Positions 16,092 through 24,515 of a DNA stretch of 41,249 nt are shown here, piece after piece. Location: assembly GCA_046754105.1 (NCBI GenBank), contig JBHHVD010000019.1, forward strand, positions 1 to 41,249, read 5' to 3'. Below the pieces are notes generated by a model, which saw only the letters and a program-made list of their open reading frames with translations, was not told the DNA's origin and made no database searches. Each line of letters opens with the position of its first letter. Within the stretch, counting starts at the first letter, position 1. This DNA is from Candidatus Krumholzibacteriia bacterium. GTDB lineage: Bacteria; Krumholzibacteriota; Krumholzibacteriia; WVZY01. Both the position numbers and the translations under genes were made by a program.

Positions 16092-17674
16092 CGGTGGCGT
16101 TCCGTCGCGCGGGCGCGGGGTGCCTCGCCTTCGCGCTGGTCCTCCTGGCGTCGTGCGCGGCCGGACGAAACCGCTCCACCGGCGTATCGAGGCCCGGGCC
16201 GGCACATCCCGCCGTGGTCGGCCCGGCGACCGGTTCGGAAGATTCCCTTGCGGTCGTCGACGAGGCACTCGCCGAACTCGAGGAGAGCGACGCACTCGAG
16301 TCAGCGCCGCCGGCGATACCTGCGGCCGCTACGCGCCGGGACGGCGGGACGGGGCGGATTCGTGCGGGACGCACGGGCCGACCCGTGGCGGAGTGGCAGG
16401 TCATCGGTGGGTGGCGCTCGCAACACGAGGCCCGTGTGCAACTGCCGGCTGGCGTTTCGGTCGGATTCAAGTCGCGCAAGTACTCGACCGTCGGATTCCT
16501 TAACTACCGCGGGCGCGGGTTCATCGAATCGTTCCACGCAGGCAACCTCGCCGTTCACATGGGGGAGCGCCTGCTGCTCGGACGGCGCGGGGGGCGATTT
16601 CCCCCCGCCACGTGGGGTCCCGTGGGCGGCGGGGTGCGTGTATCCCCCTCGCTTTCAACCTGGTTCGGTCAAAACGGTATCGTGGTGGGGACGCAATGGC
16701 ACGGGTGGCGGAGCAGGGGCATTCTTGTGGGGAACGACGACGCGCCGCTGTCGTCGCTCTGGGTTACTCTGGGCCGGTCGGGCAGGGAACAACACGTCGG
16801 TGTGGCGCTTGGCCGGCGGCTCCGCGGCGACGGCCTGCCCCCGGGGATTTCGCAACCTGGCGCCGTTGCGCTGTACGGGTCCGTTCGCCGTCGCGTGCTG
16901 GCGGCCTCCGGGGAAGTCGTGCGCCTCGCGAACGGCGACTTGTTCGCAGCCGTCCGGGTGACGCGCTTCCGTGAAGGGAAATGGACACTACTCGTCTACC
17001 GCGCGCCGACGTTCTCCTCGACGGTGCAACCGGCCGTCGATTTTCTGCCCACCGAATCCATCCGCCGCGGCGCCCGGCTCGACGCACGCAGCCGTCTGGG
17101 GGCCGGAACGGTGCTGATATCGGTTCGGGTGGGAAACGTAGGCACACCGGAACGGTCGCGCCGGTTTCGCCGCGCGGTGGTGGAGCTCGCGGGGAAACGC
17201 GGACGGCTTCTCTCGTGGAAAAGTGGCGCGGATTGGACCATGCAGCGCCGGCTGGCGCGTACCGGAGATGTCTTCCCCCTGCCCTCGGAGCGGCGCCGGC
17301 TGTCGGGGCGCGTTCGCGGGGCACTCAGGCTACGAGACGGTTCCACCGTCCACGACCTGCGTGTAGAATACGTGCCGCCGGTCGCGGGCCGCGGGGCCGG
17401 ACTGGTGTTGGCGGTGGCCGGCAGCGCGGAGTTGGGGAGGCTGAGCGCGGCGTGGCGCATCACCGCCTACTCGCTCCCGCCCGGGCAGCTGAGCTTCTTG
17501 ACCCGCCCGGGGGCGGGACCGTTTGAAGTATTTTCGACCGTGGCCGGCAAGGGCTCCGACGTGGCCACCAGGCTGCGCTTGCGGATTGCACCCGGGCTGC
17601 GCTTATTTCTCTATTATGGGGTTCCCAACCTCAAGGAGCAGAGGACCTACCTCGGGATGCACTTGAGGGTGTGA
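16085..17674 (+). CDS. Hypothetical lipoprotein / outer-membrane protein
   Basis: ATG 16085 overlaps the upstream stop. Lipobox-like FALVLLAS-C. Beta-strand-rich body (FHAGNLAVHMGERLLLG) ending in YLGMHLRV. Highly Arg/Gly biased, so the product is uncertain. Confidence 0.5.
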   Translation: MVTVAFRRAGAGCLAFALVLLASCAAGRNRSTGVSRPGPAHPAVVGPATGSEDSLAVVDEALAELEESDALESAPPAIPAAATRRDGGTGRIRAGRTGRPVAEWQVIGGWRSQHEARVQLPAGVSVGFKSRKYSTVGFLNYRGRGFIESFHAGNLAVHMGERLLLGRRGGRFPPATWGPVGGGVRVSPSLSTWFGQNGIVVGTQWHGWRSRGILVGNDDAPLSSLWVTLGRSGREQHVGVALGRRLRGDGLPPGISQPGAVALYGSVRRRVLAASGEVVRLANGDLFAAVRVTRFREGKWTLLVYRAPTFSSTVQPAVDFLPTESIRRGARLDARSRLGAGTVLISVRVGNVGTPERSRRFRRAVVELAGKRGRLLSWKSGADWTMQRRLARTGDVFPLPSERRRLSGRVRGALRLRDGSTVHDLRVEYVPPVAGRGAGLVLAVAGSAELGRLSAAWRITAYSLPPGQLSFLTRPGAGPFEVFSTVAGKGSDVATRLRLRIAPGLRLFLYYGVPNLKEQRTYLGMHLRV

Positions 17675-17705
17675 TGACGATGCGGCCGCCGGTCGTAGCG
17701 ATTGT

Positions 17706-17734
17706 TTGACAGGGACTACCGGTGTTGCTAGTGT
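17706..17734 (+). promoter_or_regulatory. Sigma70 promoter for the aminotransferase-arcC-larA-pur operon
   Basis: TTGACA (17706-17711) - 17 nt - TAGTGT (17729-17734), with extended -10 TGn. Confidence 0.7.
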
Positions 17735-17764
17735 CGTGTCGCGGAAGTTTTTGGCTTTTTTTTC

Positions 17765-18946
17765 GTGAGGAGTATTCCGTTGCCCGGTCCCGTTTTTGCA
17801 CGGCGCCTGCAAGCGCTCGACAAGGAAACGAGCTTCGAGATTCTGGCCCGCGCGCGAGCGCTGGAGGCAAAGGGCCATGACATCATTCATCTCGAAATCG
17901 GCGAGCCCGACTTCGAGACACCGCGGCATATCAAGGCGGCGGCGAAGGAAGCGATCGAGCGGGGGTTCACTCATTATGGCCCCTCGCCCGGGCTGCCCGA
18001 GGCGCGGGAAGCGATCGCGCAGCACGTCAGCCGGGACCGGGGCGTCGGGGTCGAGCGTGATCAAGTGGTTATCACTCCCGGCGGCAAGTCGGTCATTTTT
18101 TTTTCGATGCTGGCGCTCGTCGAACCGGGGGACGAGGTGATCTATCCGAACCCCGGGTTTCCCAACTACGAGATGACGATCGAGCTTCTCGGAGGAAAGC
18201 CGGTGCCGATACGGATCGAGGAGGAAAGGGGTTTCACGTTCGACCTGGAGCAGTTCGGGAAACTCGTGACTCCGCGGACCCGCCTGTGCATCCTCAACTC
18301 TCCACATAATCCGACGGGGGGCGTGCTGCCTTCGGACCTGCTCGAGGGCGTCGCCGAGCTCGCGGAACGCCATGACTTCATGGTGCTCTCCGACGAGATC
18401 TATTCGAAGATAACGTACGACGGTGAGCATACCAGTTTCTACTCGATACCGGGGGTCGCGGAGAGGACGATCCTCGTCGATGGGCATTCGAAAACGTACG
18501 CGATGACCGGGTGGCGGTTGGGGTACGGCGTGATGCCCAGGGACGTCGCGGTGCAGGTGGCGCGCATAGCGGGCAACTCGACGAGCTGTACATGCACGTT
18601 CACTCAGCTCGCCGGCATCGAGGCGCTTCGGGGTCCCCAGGACGCCGTCACGAAGATGGTGGCCGAATTTCGCGAACGACGGGACCTGGTAGTGGACGGT
18701 CTGGCCCGCGTACCGGGATTTCGGTGTCATAAGCCGGCCGGTGCCTTTTACGTCTTCCCGAATATTGAAGGAACGGGGCGGACGTCGAAAGAACTCGCGG
18801 CCCTCTTGATGGAGGAGGCGGGCGTGGCCGTGCTGGCGGGTGGAACGTTCGGCAGCTTCGGCGAAGGGTATATTCGCATCTCCTACGCGAATTGTCGTGA
18901 GGCCCTCACGCGGGCGATCGAGCGGATGACCGCCGCACTCTCGTAG
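17765..18946 (+). CDS. PLP-dependent class I/II aminotransferase (aspartate aminotransferase family)
   Basis: LEIGEPDF, ILNSPHNPTG, SDEIY, GHSKTYAMTGWRLG (PLP lysine), GAFYVFPNI, YIRISYA. Start may be TTG 17780. Confidence 0.93.
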   Translation: MRSIPLPGPVFARRLQALDKETSFEILARARALEAKGHDIIHLEIGEPDFETPRHIKAAAKEAIERGFTHYGPSPGLPEAREAIAQHVSRDRGVGVERDQVVITPGGKSVIFFSMLALVEPGDEVIYPNPGFPNYEMTIELLGGKPVPIRIEEERGFTFDLEQFGKLVTPRTRLCILNSPHNPTGGVLPSDLLEGVAELAERHDFMVLSDEIYSKITYDGEHTSFYSIPGVAERTILVDGHSKTYAMTGWRLGYGVMPRDVAVQVARIAGNSTSCTCTFTQLAGIEALRGPQDAVTKMVAEFRERRDLVVDGLARVPGFRCHKPAGAFYVFPNIEGTGRTSKELAALLMEEAGVAVLAGGTFGSFGEGYIRISYANCREALTRAIERMTAALS

Positions 18947-18980
18947 GGCGGCACCGCCGGGCCCGAGGGAGCACAGGCTC

Positions 18981-19937
18981 ATGAAAGAACTGGACGTCGT
19001 AGCGTTGGGTGGCAATGCGATCGTCCCCGTGGGGAAGACGGGAACGATCGGCGAGCAGCAGGACATAACCTACGCCGCCATGGAGCAGATCGTCGACCTG
19101 CTTGCGGGCGGACGCCGGGTCGTGCTGACCCACGGCAACGGCCCTACGGTCGGCAACATCGTCATCCGCAACGAAGCGGTCAAGGATACGATTCCCACGA
19201 TGCCGCTCGACGTTTGCGGCGCCGATTCCCAGGGAGGCATCGGGTACATGGTGCAGCAGACCCTGCGCAACGCCCTCTTGAAGAAGCGTGTTGCCAGGGA
19301 GGTGGTGACGCTGGTCACCCAGGTTCGCGTCGATGAATCCGATCCTGCCCTCACAGACCCCCGCAAGCCGATCGGGCCCTACTACACGGAGAACGAGGCG
19401 GCCGCCCTTGCCGAGGAAAGAGACTGGAAGGTCGCCGAGGACAGCGGCCGCGGCTACCGGCGCGTGGTGGCCAGCCCCCGTCCGATCGAAATCGTCGAGC
19501 GGGAAGTGATAAGAACGGTGGTTGACTCGGGCGCGGTCGTGATCGCGGCGGGGGGAGGCGGGATTCCGGTTGTCTTTAGAGACGGCCGGTACAGGGGGAT
19601 CGAGGCGGTGATCGACAAGGACCTTGCCTCGGTGCTGCTCGCGCGTGACCTGGAGGCCGAGCGCCTGCTGATTCTAACCGGTATCGACGCCGTTTACAAA
19701 GACTTCGGCTCAGCGACGGCCGAACCGTTGCGCCACGCGTCACTGCGGCGCATACGGGGACTCCTCGATGCCGGGCAATTCCCCGCGGGGAGTATGGGTA
19801 CGAAGATAGAGGCGGCGATCGAGTTTCTGGAGTCCGGCGGCAAAACAGTCGTCATCTGTCGGCCGGAAGACACGCTGGCCGCAACCCACGGTGACAAGGG
19901 CACCACGATCCACCGCGAGTTCGCTGATGGAGATTAA
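18981..19937 (+). CDS. arcC: Carbamate kinase
   Basis: VVALGGNA, THGNGPTVG, PLDVCGADSQGGIGY, KPIGPYY, GYRRVVASPRP, GGGGIPV, EAVIDKD, GSMGTKIEAA. Confidence 0.95.
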   Translation: MKELDVVALGGNAIVPVGKTGTIGEQQDITYAAMEQIVDLLAGGRRVVLTHGNGPTVGNIVIRNEAVKDTIPTMPLDVCGADSQGGIGYMVQQTLRNALLKKRVAREVVTLVTQVRVDESDPALTDPRKPIGPYYTENEAAALAEERDWKVAEDSGRGYRRVVASPRPIEIVEREVIRTVVDSGAVVIAAGGGGIPVVFRDGRYRGIEAVIDKDLASVLLARDLEAERLLILTGIDAVYKDFGSATAEPLRHASLRRIRGLLDAGQFPAGSMGTKIEAAIEFLESGGKTVVICRPEDTLAATHGDKGTTIHREFADGD

Positions 19938-21210
19938 GGTTCCATACGGGGATACGGAAAAGACGATCCGCGTCCCGCCCGAGGTACGGGTGGATTTTCT
20001 GGGTCCCGCCGAAATCCACCCCGTCGAGGACCTGGAGAAGGCGTTTTCCGATGCCTGCAGGACGCCCGTGGGGAAGTCGGGCCTCGATGACGTCGTGTCG
20101 GCGAAGGGCAGCGTGGTCGTCGTCGTGTCCGACCTCACCCGTGCCAAGGGTACCGAGGAGCTTCTACCGCTTTGCATCGACTACCTCGCGGAGCGGGGCG
20201 TGCCGCAGAACTCGATCACCGTCGTCGTCGCGCGCGGTACCCATCGGCAGCTGACGAAAGAGGAAAAAGTGTTTCTGCGCTCCGGCCCGCTCGCCGGAGT
20301 TCACATCGAGGAACACGATTGCGACGACACGGCGAAGCTGTCCGCCCTGATGCTGACCCGCCGCGGTACCCCGGTGCGCGTCAACAGCAAGCTCAAGACG
20401 GCCGATGCCGTCATCCTGCTCTCGCCGGTATCATTCCACTATTTCGCGGGGTTCGGTGGCGGACGCAAGCTGGTGCTCCCGGGGTGCGCCGACCGTTCCG
20501 CGATCATGGCCAACCATCGCTTGAGCCTGTCCGACACGCAGCCGGTCACGTTACAGGCCGGCTGCTGGCCGGGACAGCTCGACGGTAATCCGGTGCACGA
20601 AGACATGTGCGAGGCGGTCGGGGCGCTTGACGGGGTTGTCGGCATCAATTTCTATTCGGATGCGCACGGCAACATCGTATTCATGAACTCGGGCGATCCG
20701 ATCAAGGCGCATCGCGACGCCAGCGAGGCGTTCAAAGCGACCCATCTGTGCCTGGTAGATGAGCCGTACGATCTGATGATTCTCGGCGCCGGCGGACATC
20801 CGTACGATATCAACCTGCTACAGAGTCACAAGGCGCTGCGCCACGCGGCGGGGGCTGTGCGGGACGGTGGGACCATCCTCTATTACGCCCAATGCGGTGA
20901 AGGGATCGGTTCGGAGAGCCTGGATGCAGCCGTACAAATGAGAAGGGATGAGTTCCTGAAGGCCGCCTACGAACGGTACGATTTGAATAACCAGACGGCG
21001 GTTTCACTGCTCGGGCTGACTAGCAGTTTCGAGATCGGGATGGTGTCGGCGATGAACGTCGACGTGCTCCTGTCGTGCGGGATCAAGCCCTGCGTCAATA
21101 CGGAGTCGTTTCTTGTCGAAGCGCTCGAAAAGCACGGCGCCACCCGCATCGCGCTCGTCCCGGACGGGGCGAATCTCCTGCTGCAGCAAAAGGGGGGGGT
21201 GAAGAGGTGA
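19927..21210 (+). CDS. larA: Nickel-pincer (NPN)-dependent lactate racemase family protein (LarA homologue)
   Basis: ATG 19927 overlaps the arcC end. Motifs SDLTR, ARGTHR, FHYFAGFGGGRKLVLPG, IMANH and GGHPYDINLLQSHKAL match the LarA catalytic/cofactor-binding pattern. Substrate cannot be determined from sequence. Confidence 0.85.
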   Translation: MEIKVPYGDTEKTIRVPPEVRVDFLGPAEIHPVEDLEKAFSDACRTPVGKSGLDDVVSAKGSVVVVVSDLTRAKGTEELLPLCIDYLAERGVPQNSITVVVARGTHRQLTKEEKVFLRSGPLAGVHIEEHDCDDTAKLSALMLTRRGTPVRVNSKLKTADAVILLSPVSFHYFAGFGGGRKLVLPGCADRSAIMANHRLSLSDTQPVTLQAGCWPGQLDGNPVHEDMCEAVGALDGVVGINFYSDAHGNIVFMNSGDPIKAHRDASEAFKATHLCLVDEPYDLMILGAGGHPYDINLLQSHKALRHAAGAVRDGGTILYYAQCGEGIGSESLDAAVQMRRDEFLKAAYERYDLNNQTAVSLLGLTSSFEIGMVSAMNVDVLLSCGIKPCVNTESFLVEALEKHGATRIALVPDGANLLLQQKGGVKR

Positions 21211-22469
21211 ACGCTTTGATCGTCGGGAGTGGCGGTCGCGAGCATGCCCTCGCGTGGGCGTTACGGAAGTCGCCGCTGCTGGACCGGCTGCTGGTCGCTC
21301 CGGGCAACGGCGGTACGGCGGCGATCGCACAAAACGTCCCGGTCGCGGTCGATGACATCGACGCGATTGTCGAACTCGTTGAAACGCACGACGTCGAGCT
21401 GACCGTGGTCGGACCCGAAGCGCCGCTGGTCGGCGGTATCGTGGATCGGCTTCAGGCCGCCGGCAGGCACTGTTTCGGGCCCTCCGCCGGTGCCGCAAGA
21501 CTCGAGGGCAGCAAGGTGTTTGCCAAGGAGTTCATGAAGAGACACGGGATTCCCACCGCCGACTTTACCGTGGTGGACGATCCGGAGGCGGCGCGCAACG
21601 CCGTCCGCGACATGGGACCGCCGGTAGTCATCAAGGCGGACGGCCTGGCGGCCGGCAAGGGCGTCGTCGTGGCGCGGACCATCGAGGACGCGGATTCCGC
21701 GATCGAAGAGATCATGGTCGAACGGAAGTTCGGCGAAAGCGGCCGGCGGCTGATCGTGGAGGAATGCCTTCAGGGGCAAGAGGTGTCGGTCCACGCGATC
21801 TGCGGCGATGGAGCGGCCGTGCTCTTTCCCGCTTCACAAGATCACAAGAGAGCCTTCGACGGTGACAAGGGACCGAATACCGGGGGAATGGGAGCCTACG
21901 CACCCGTCCCCTTCGTGAGCGTGGAACGGCAGCGCGAGATGAACGACTCAATCATCTCGCCCACGCTGCAAGGCATGGAAAAGGAAGGGCACGCTTTTTC
22001 TGGCGTCCTCTACGCCGGATTGATGATGACGCGTGGCGGACCGAAGGTGCTCGAGTTCAACGTACGTTTCGGCGACCCGGAAACGCAAGTGCTGTTGCCA
22101 CTGCTGGAGAGCGACTTGCTCCCAGCCCTGCTGGAGTCCGCCTCCGGTTCGGCTCCCGCCGCCGTCGCGTTCCACAAAGACCGCTTCGCCGCGACCGTGG
22201 TCATGGTGGCGGCGGGTTACCCCGGTACGTACGAGAAGGGCAAGAGGATCGAGGGCGTGGACACGGCGAACGGCGAGCGCCGGATCGTGTTTCACGCCGG
22301 CACGAAGGAAAGCGCCGGCAAAACCGTAACGGCGGGGGGACGGGTGGTGGCCGTTTCGGCCTGGGATGACGATCTCGGCGGCGCGGTCTCGCGGGCCTAC
22401 GAGGGAGTGGAAAAGATACGTTTCAGCGGGGCTCGCTGGCGAACGGACATCGCTCGCAAGGCACTGTAA
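21207..22469 (+). CDS. purD: Phosphoribosylamine--glycine ligase
   Basis: GTGA overlap with the larA stop. IVGSGGREHAL, LEGSKVFAK, KADGLAAGKGV, QDHKR...GPNTGGMGAY, EFNVRFGDPE. Confidence 0.97.
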   Translation: MNALIVGSGGREHALAWALRKSPLLDRLLVAPGNGGTAAIAQNVPVAVDDIDAIVELVETHDVELTVVGPEAPLVGGIVDRLQAAGRHCFGPSAGAARLEGSKVFAKEFMKRHGIPTADFTVVDDPEAARNAVRDMGPPVVIKADGLAAGKGVVVARTIEDADSAIEEIMVERKFGESGRRLIVEECLQGQEVSVHAICGDGAAVLFPASQDHKRAFDGDKGPNTGGMGAYAPVPFVSVERQREMNDSIISPTLQGMEKEGHAFSGVLYAGLMMTRGGPKVLEFNVRFGDPETQVLLPLLESDLLPALLESASGSAPAAVAFHKDRFAATVVMVAAGYPGTYEKGKRIEGVDTANGERRIVFHAGTKESAGKTVTAGGRVVAVSAWDDDLGGAVSRAYEGVEKIRFSGARWRTDIARKAL

Positions 22470-22576
22470 ATCGTACGCACGGAAACTCGCCGCGCCGGCC
22501 GTGTGGCCGCGTTGGCGAGCGGCAACCCCCGGCCTTAGCCGACGGGATCGCCGGTATCGACGAGGGGAAAAGACGT

Positions 22577-23044
22577 ATGAGCAAGGACACGGTAGTGAGC
22601 GTTGTCATGGGCAGTAAGAGTGACGAAGGGCACCTCGAACCCACCTTCGAGCTCCTCGACCAGTTTGGCATCGCGTGGGAGAAACGCGTGCTTTCCGCGC
22701 ATCGGCAGCCCGATACGCTGCGCGCGTATCTCGAAGAGGCCGACGGGCGGGGCATACGGGTGTTCATCGCCGCCGCCGGTCTGAGCGCGGCGCTGCCCGG
22801 CGTTGTCGCCGCCCACAGCCGGCGGCCGGTCATCGGCGTGCCGGTACCGGCAGGACCCCTGCTCGGTGTCGACGCCTTGTTGTCGATGGTCCAGATGCCG
22901 GGCGGCGTGCCCGTGGCCACGGTGGGCGTCGGCTCACACGGGGCCAGGAACGCCGCCGTCCTCGCCCTGGAAATCCTGGCGCTCTATGACGAGTCGGCGT
23001 CGGAGTCCCTGCGAAAATACCGGGAAAAGCTCGGCGCCGGCTAG
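22577..23044 (+). CDS. purE: N5-CAIR mutase / AIR carboxylase catalytic subunit
   Basis: MGSKSD, VLSAHRQP, AAAGLSAALPGVVA, PVIGVP, SMVQMPGGVPVATV, NAAVLA; 155 aa. Confidence 0.95.
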   Translation: MSKDTVVSVVMGSKSDEGHLEPTFELLDQFGIAWEKRVLSAHRQPDTLRAYLEEADGRGIRVFIAAAGLSAALPGVVAAHSRRPVIGVPVPAGPLLGVDALLSMVQMPGGVPVATVGVGSHGARNAAVLALEILALYDESASESLRKYREKLGAG

Positions 23045-23057
23045 GCCCGGGGGAGCG

Positions 23058-23660
23058 ATGGAACGCCTGCACAAAGACCACCGCGGGAGCGCCGGCCGGG
23101 CCGCCGCGGCCCTCGCCGGGGACCACCTGGTCGTCCTGCCCACGGATACGCTCTGCGGCATCAGCGCACGGCTGGGCAACAAACCGGGGTACGAGCGCGT
23201 CCTGCGGCTGAAGGGCCGTGCCGGCAGTGGTAAGTTCCTTTACCTGGCAGCCGGCCTGGATATGGTGGAACACCATATCGCATCCTGGGGTTGCAGCTCG
23301 AAAGAGGAGATGCACTCGCGGTGGCCGGCCCCGCTGACCGCCGTTTTCGAGGCGGCGCGATGCCCGGTGTGGGTCGGCGAGACAATCGCCTTTCGGGTAC
23401 CCGACGACGCGTGGCTGCGGGACGTGATCGCGCGTGTTGGGGAGCCGCTGTTGTCCACGAGCGTGAACGCGCGTGGAGACGCTCCCGTCCGGGATGCCGA
23501 CGAGATCGCCCGGCGATTCGGAAACGACGTCATGCTGGCGGTGGTCGGGGAATGTGGCGGGGGCAAGCCGTCGACGCTCGTCGACTTCACGGGCGAGGCG
23601 CCGCTCGTGATTCGCATGGGTGCCTACGACTGGCCGGCCGGTACGAACCCTTCGAAGTGA
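23058..23660 (+). CDS. tsaC: L-threonylcarbamoyladenylate synthase (TsaC/Sua5/YrdC family)
   Basis: RBS GGAG and ATG 23058. LPTDTLCGI, LKGR, WPAPLTAVF, TIAFRVP, PLLSTSVN, PSTLVDF, IRMG. Confidence 0.85.
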   Translation: MERLHKDHRGSAGRAAAALAGDHLVVLPTDTLCGISARLGNKPGYERVLRLKGRAGSGKFLYLAAGLDMVEHHIASWGCSSKEEMHSRWPAPLTAVFEAARCPVWVGETIAFRVPDDAWLRDVIARVGEPLLSTSVNARGDAPVRDADEIARRFGNDVMLAVVGECGGGKPSTLVDFTGEAPLVIRMGAYDWPAGTNPSK

Positions 23661-24484
23661 CGATCCTTGTACGCTTCACACCTCGAACATAGCAGTATCT
23701 CGCTGCGCCGGCCCTCGGCGAGCAACGAGCGATAGCGGTCGTTGATCGCCCCGTTCCATATATCGAGGACGTGTTGCTTGGCGACATCGCCGATGACTGC
23801 GCGCTCGTGAGAATCCCAGCAGCACAGCGTGGCTTTGCCGTTGACGTAAAAAAACATCTCGCGAAGCACTTTCACGCAGGGGAGCGCGACCGGTGTGACC
23901 TCCGGCTCCCACGGCCAGCGGTAGAACGAGGTGATGATGGGAATGGCCCCCGCGTCGCTCCAGAAACGTTTATACGCGTCGTGCTCGCTCCGGTTGGCGT
24001 CCATGTCGATCATTCGCACTTCGATGCGGCCCGCACCACCCCTGGCGCGCGCCATCCTGATGAAGTTGAGCGTGCGATCGACGGTCCGTTCGTAGTCCAC
24101 GCCGACCCGCGACACCGAAAACGACTCTTCGGAAAACCCATCGATCGAGAACCGGATAACATCGATGCCGGCGTCGAGTATCTCCCCGGCCATCTGCTCT
24201 GACATCAACTCGCCGTTGGTGTTGATCTCGATGCGAGCCGTATCGTCTTTGCGAATGTAGCGCATGACCTTTCCCATCCGTTTGTCCGACAGGGGCTCGT
24301 TGATAAGGAAGGGCCGGTAGATGATGCCGAGGCCTCGCGTCTCGTCTATGATTTTCTTCCATAGATCATCCGCCATGCGGTGAGGTCTGCGACGCAGAAC
24401 CTTCTGCGGGCAGAACGGGCACTCGGCGTTGCACGCAACGTTGGTTTCGATCTGGATGATCCCGGGATGAGACGCTCTTGTCAT
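23624..24484 (-). CDS. Radical SAM protein with SPASM/twitch-type C-terminal domain
   Basis: IETNVACNAECPFC (CxxxCxxC), NEPLSD, INTNG, FSIDG. C-terminus PCVK...NGKATLCCWD...IGDV...IWNG...CSRC. Start placed at ATG 24484. Confidence 0.9.
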   Translation of the reverse strand: MTRASHPGIIQIETNVACNAECPFCPQKVLRRRPHRMADDLWKKIIDETRGLGIIYRPFLINEPLSDKRMGKVMRYIRKDDTARIEINTNGELMSEQMAGEILDAGIDVIRFSIDGFSEESFSVSRVGVDYERTVDRTLNFIRMARARGGAGRIEVRMIDMDANRSEHDAYKRFWSDAGAIPIITSFYRWPWEPEVTPVALPCVKVLREMFFYVNGKATLCCWDSHERAVIGDVAKQHVLDIWNGAINDRYRSLLAEGRRSEILLCSRCEAYKDRHFEGFVPAGQS

Positions 24485-24515
24485 TTTTCTGCCTTGTGTG
24501 AGTCCCGCCAGGCGG

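Noticed and set aside
22470..22576. GC hairpin between purD and purE as a possible purine-related riboswitch
   Set aside because: No recognisable purine or ZTP aptamer consensus, and an imperfect GC stem alone is not evidence. An Rfam/Infernal scan would settle it.
22577..23044. Possibility that the PurE-like gene is larB, given the nearby larA
   Set aside because: Its 155-aa length, MGSxSD/SAHR/QMPxGVPVATV motifs and adjacency to purD fit PurE. LarB is longer, with an extra N-terminal domain.
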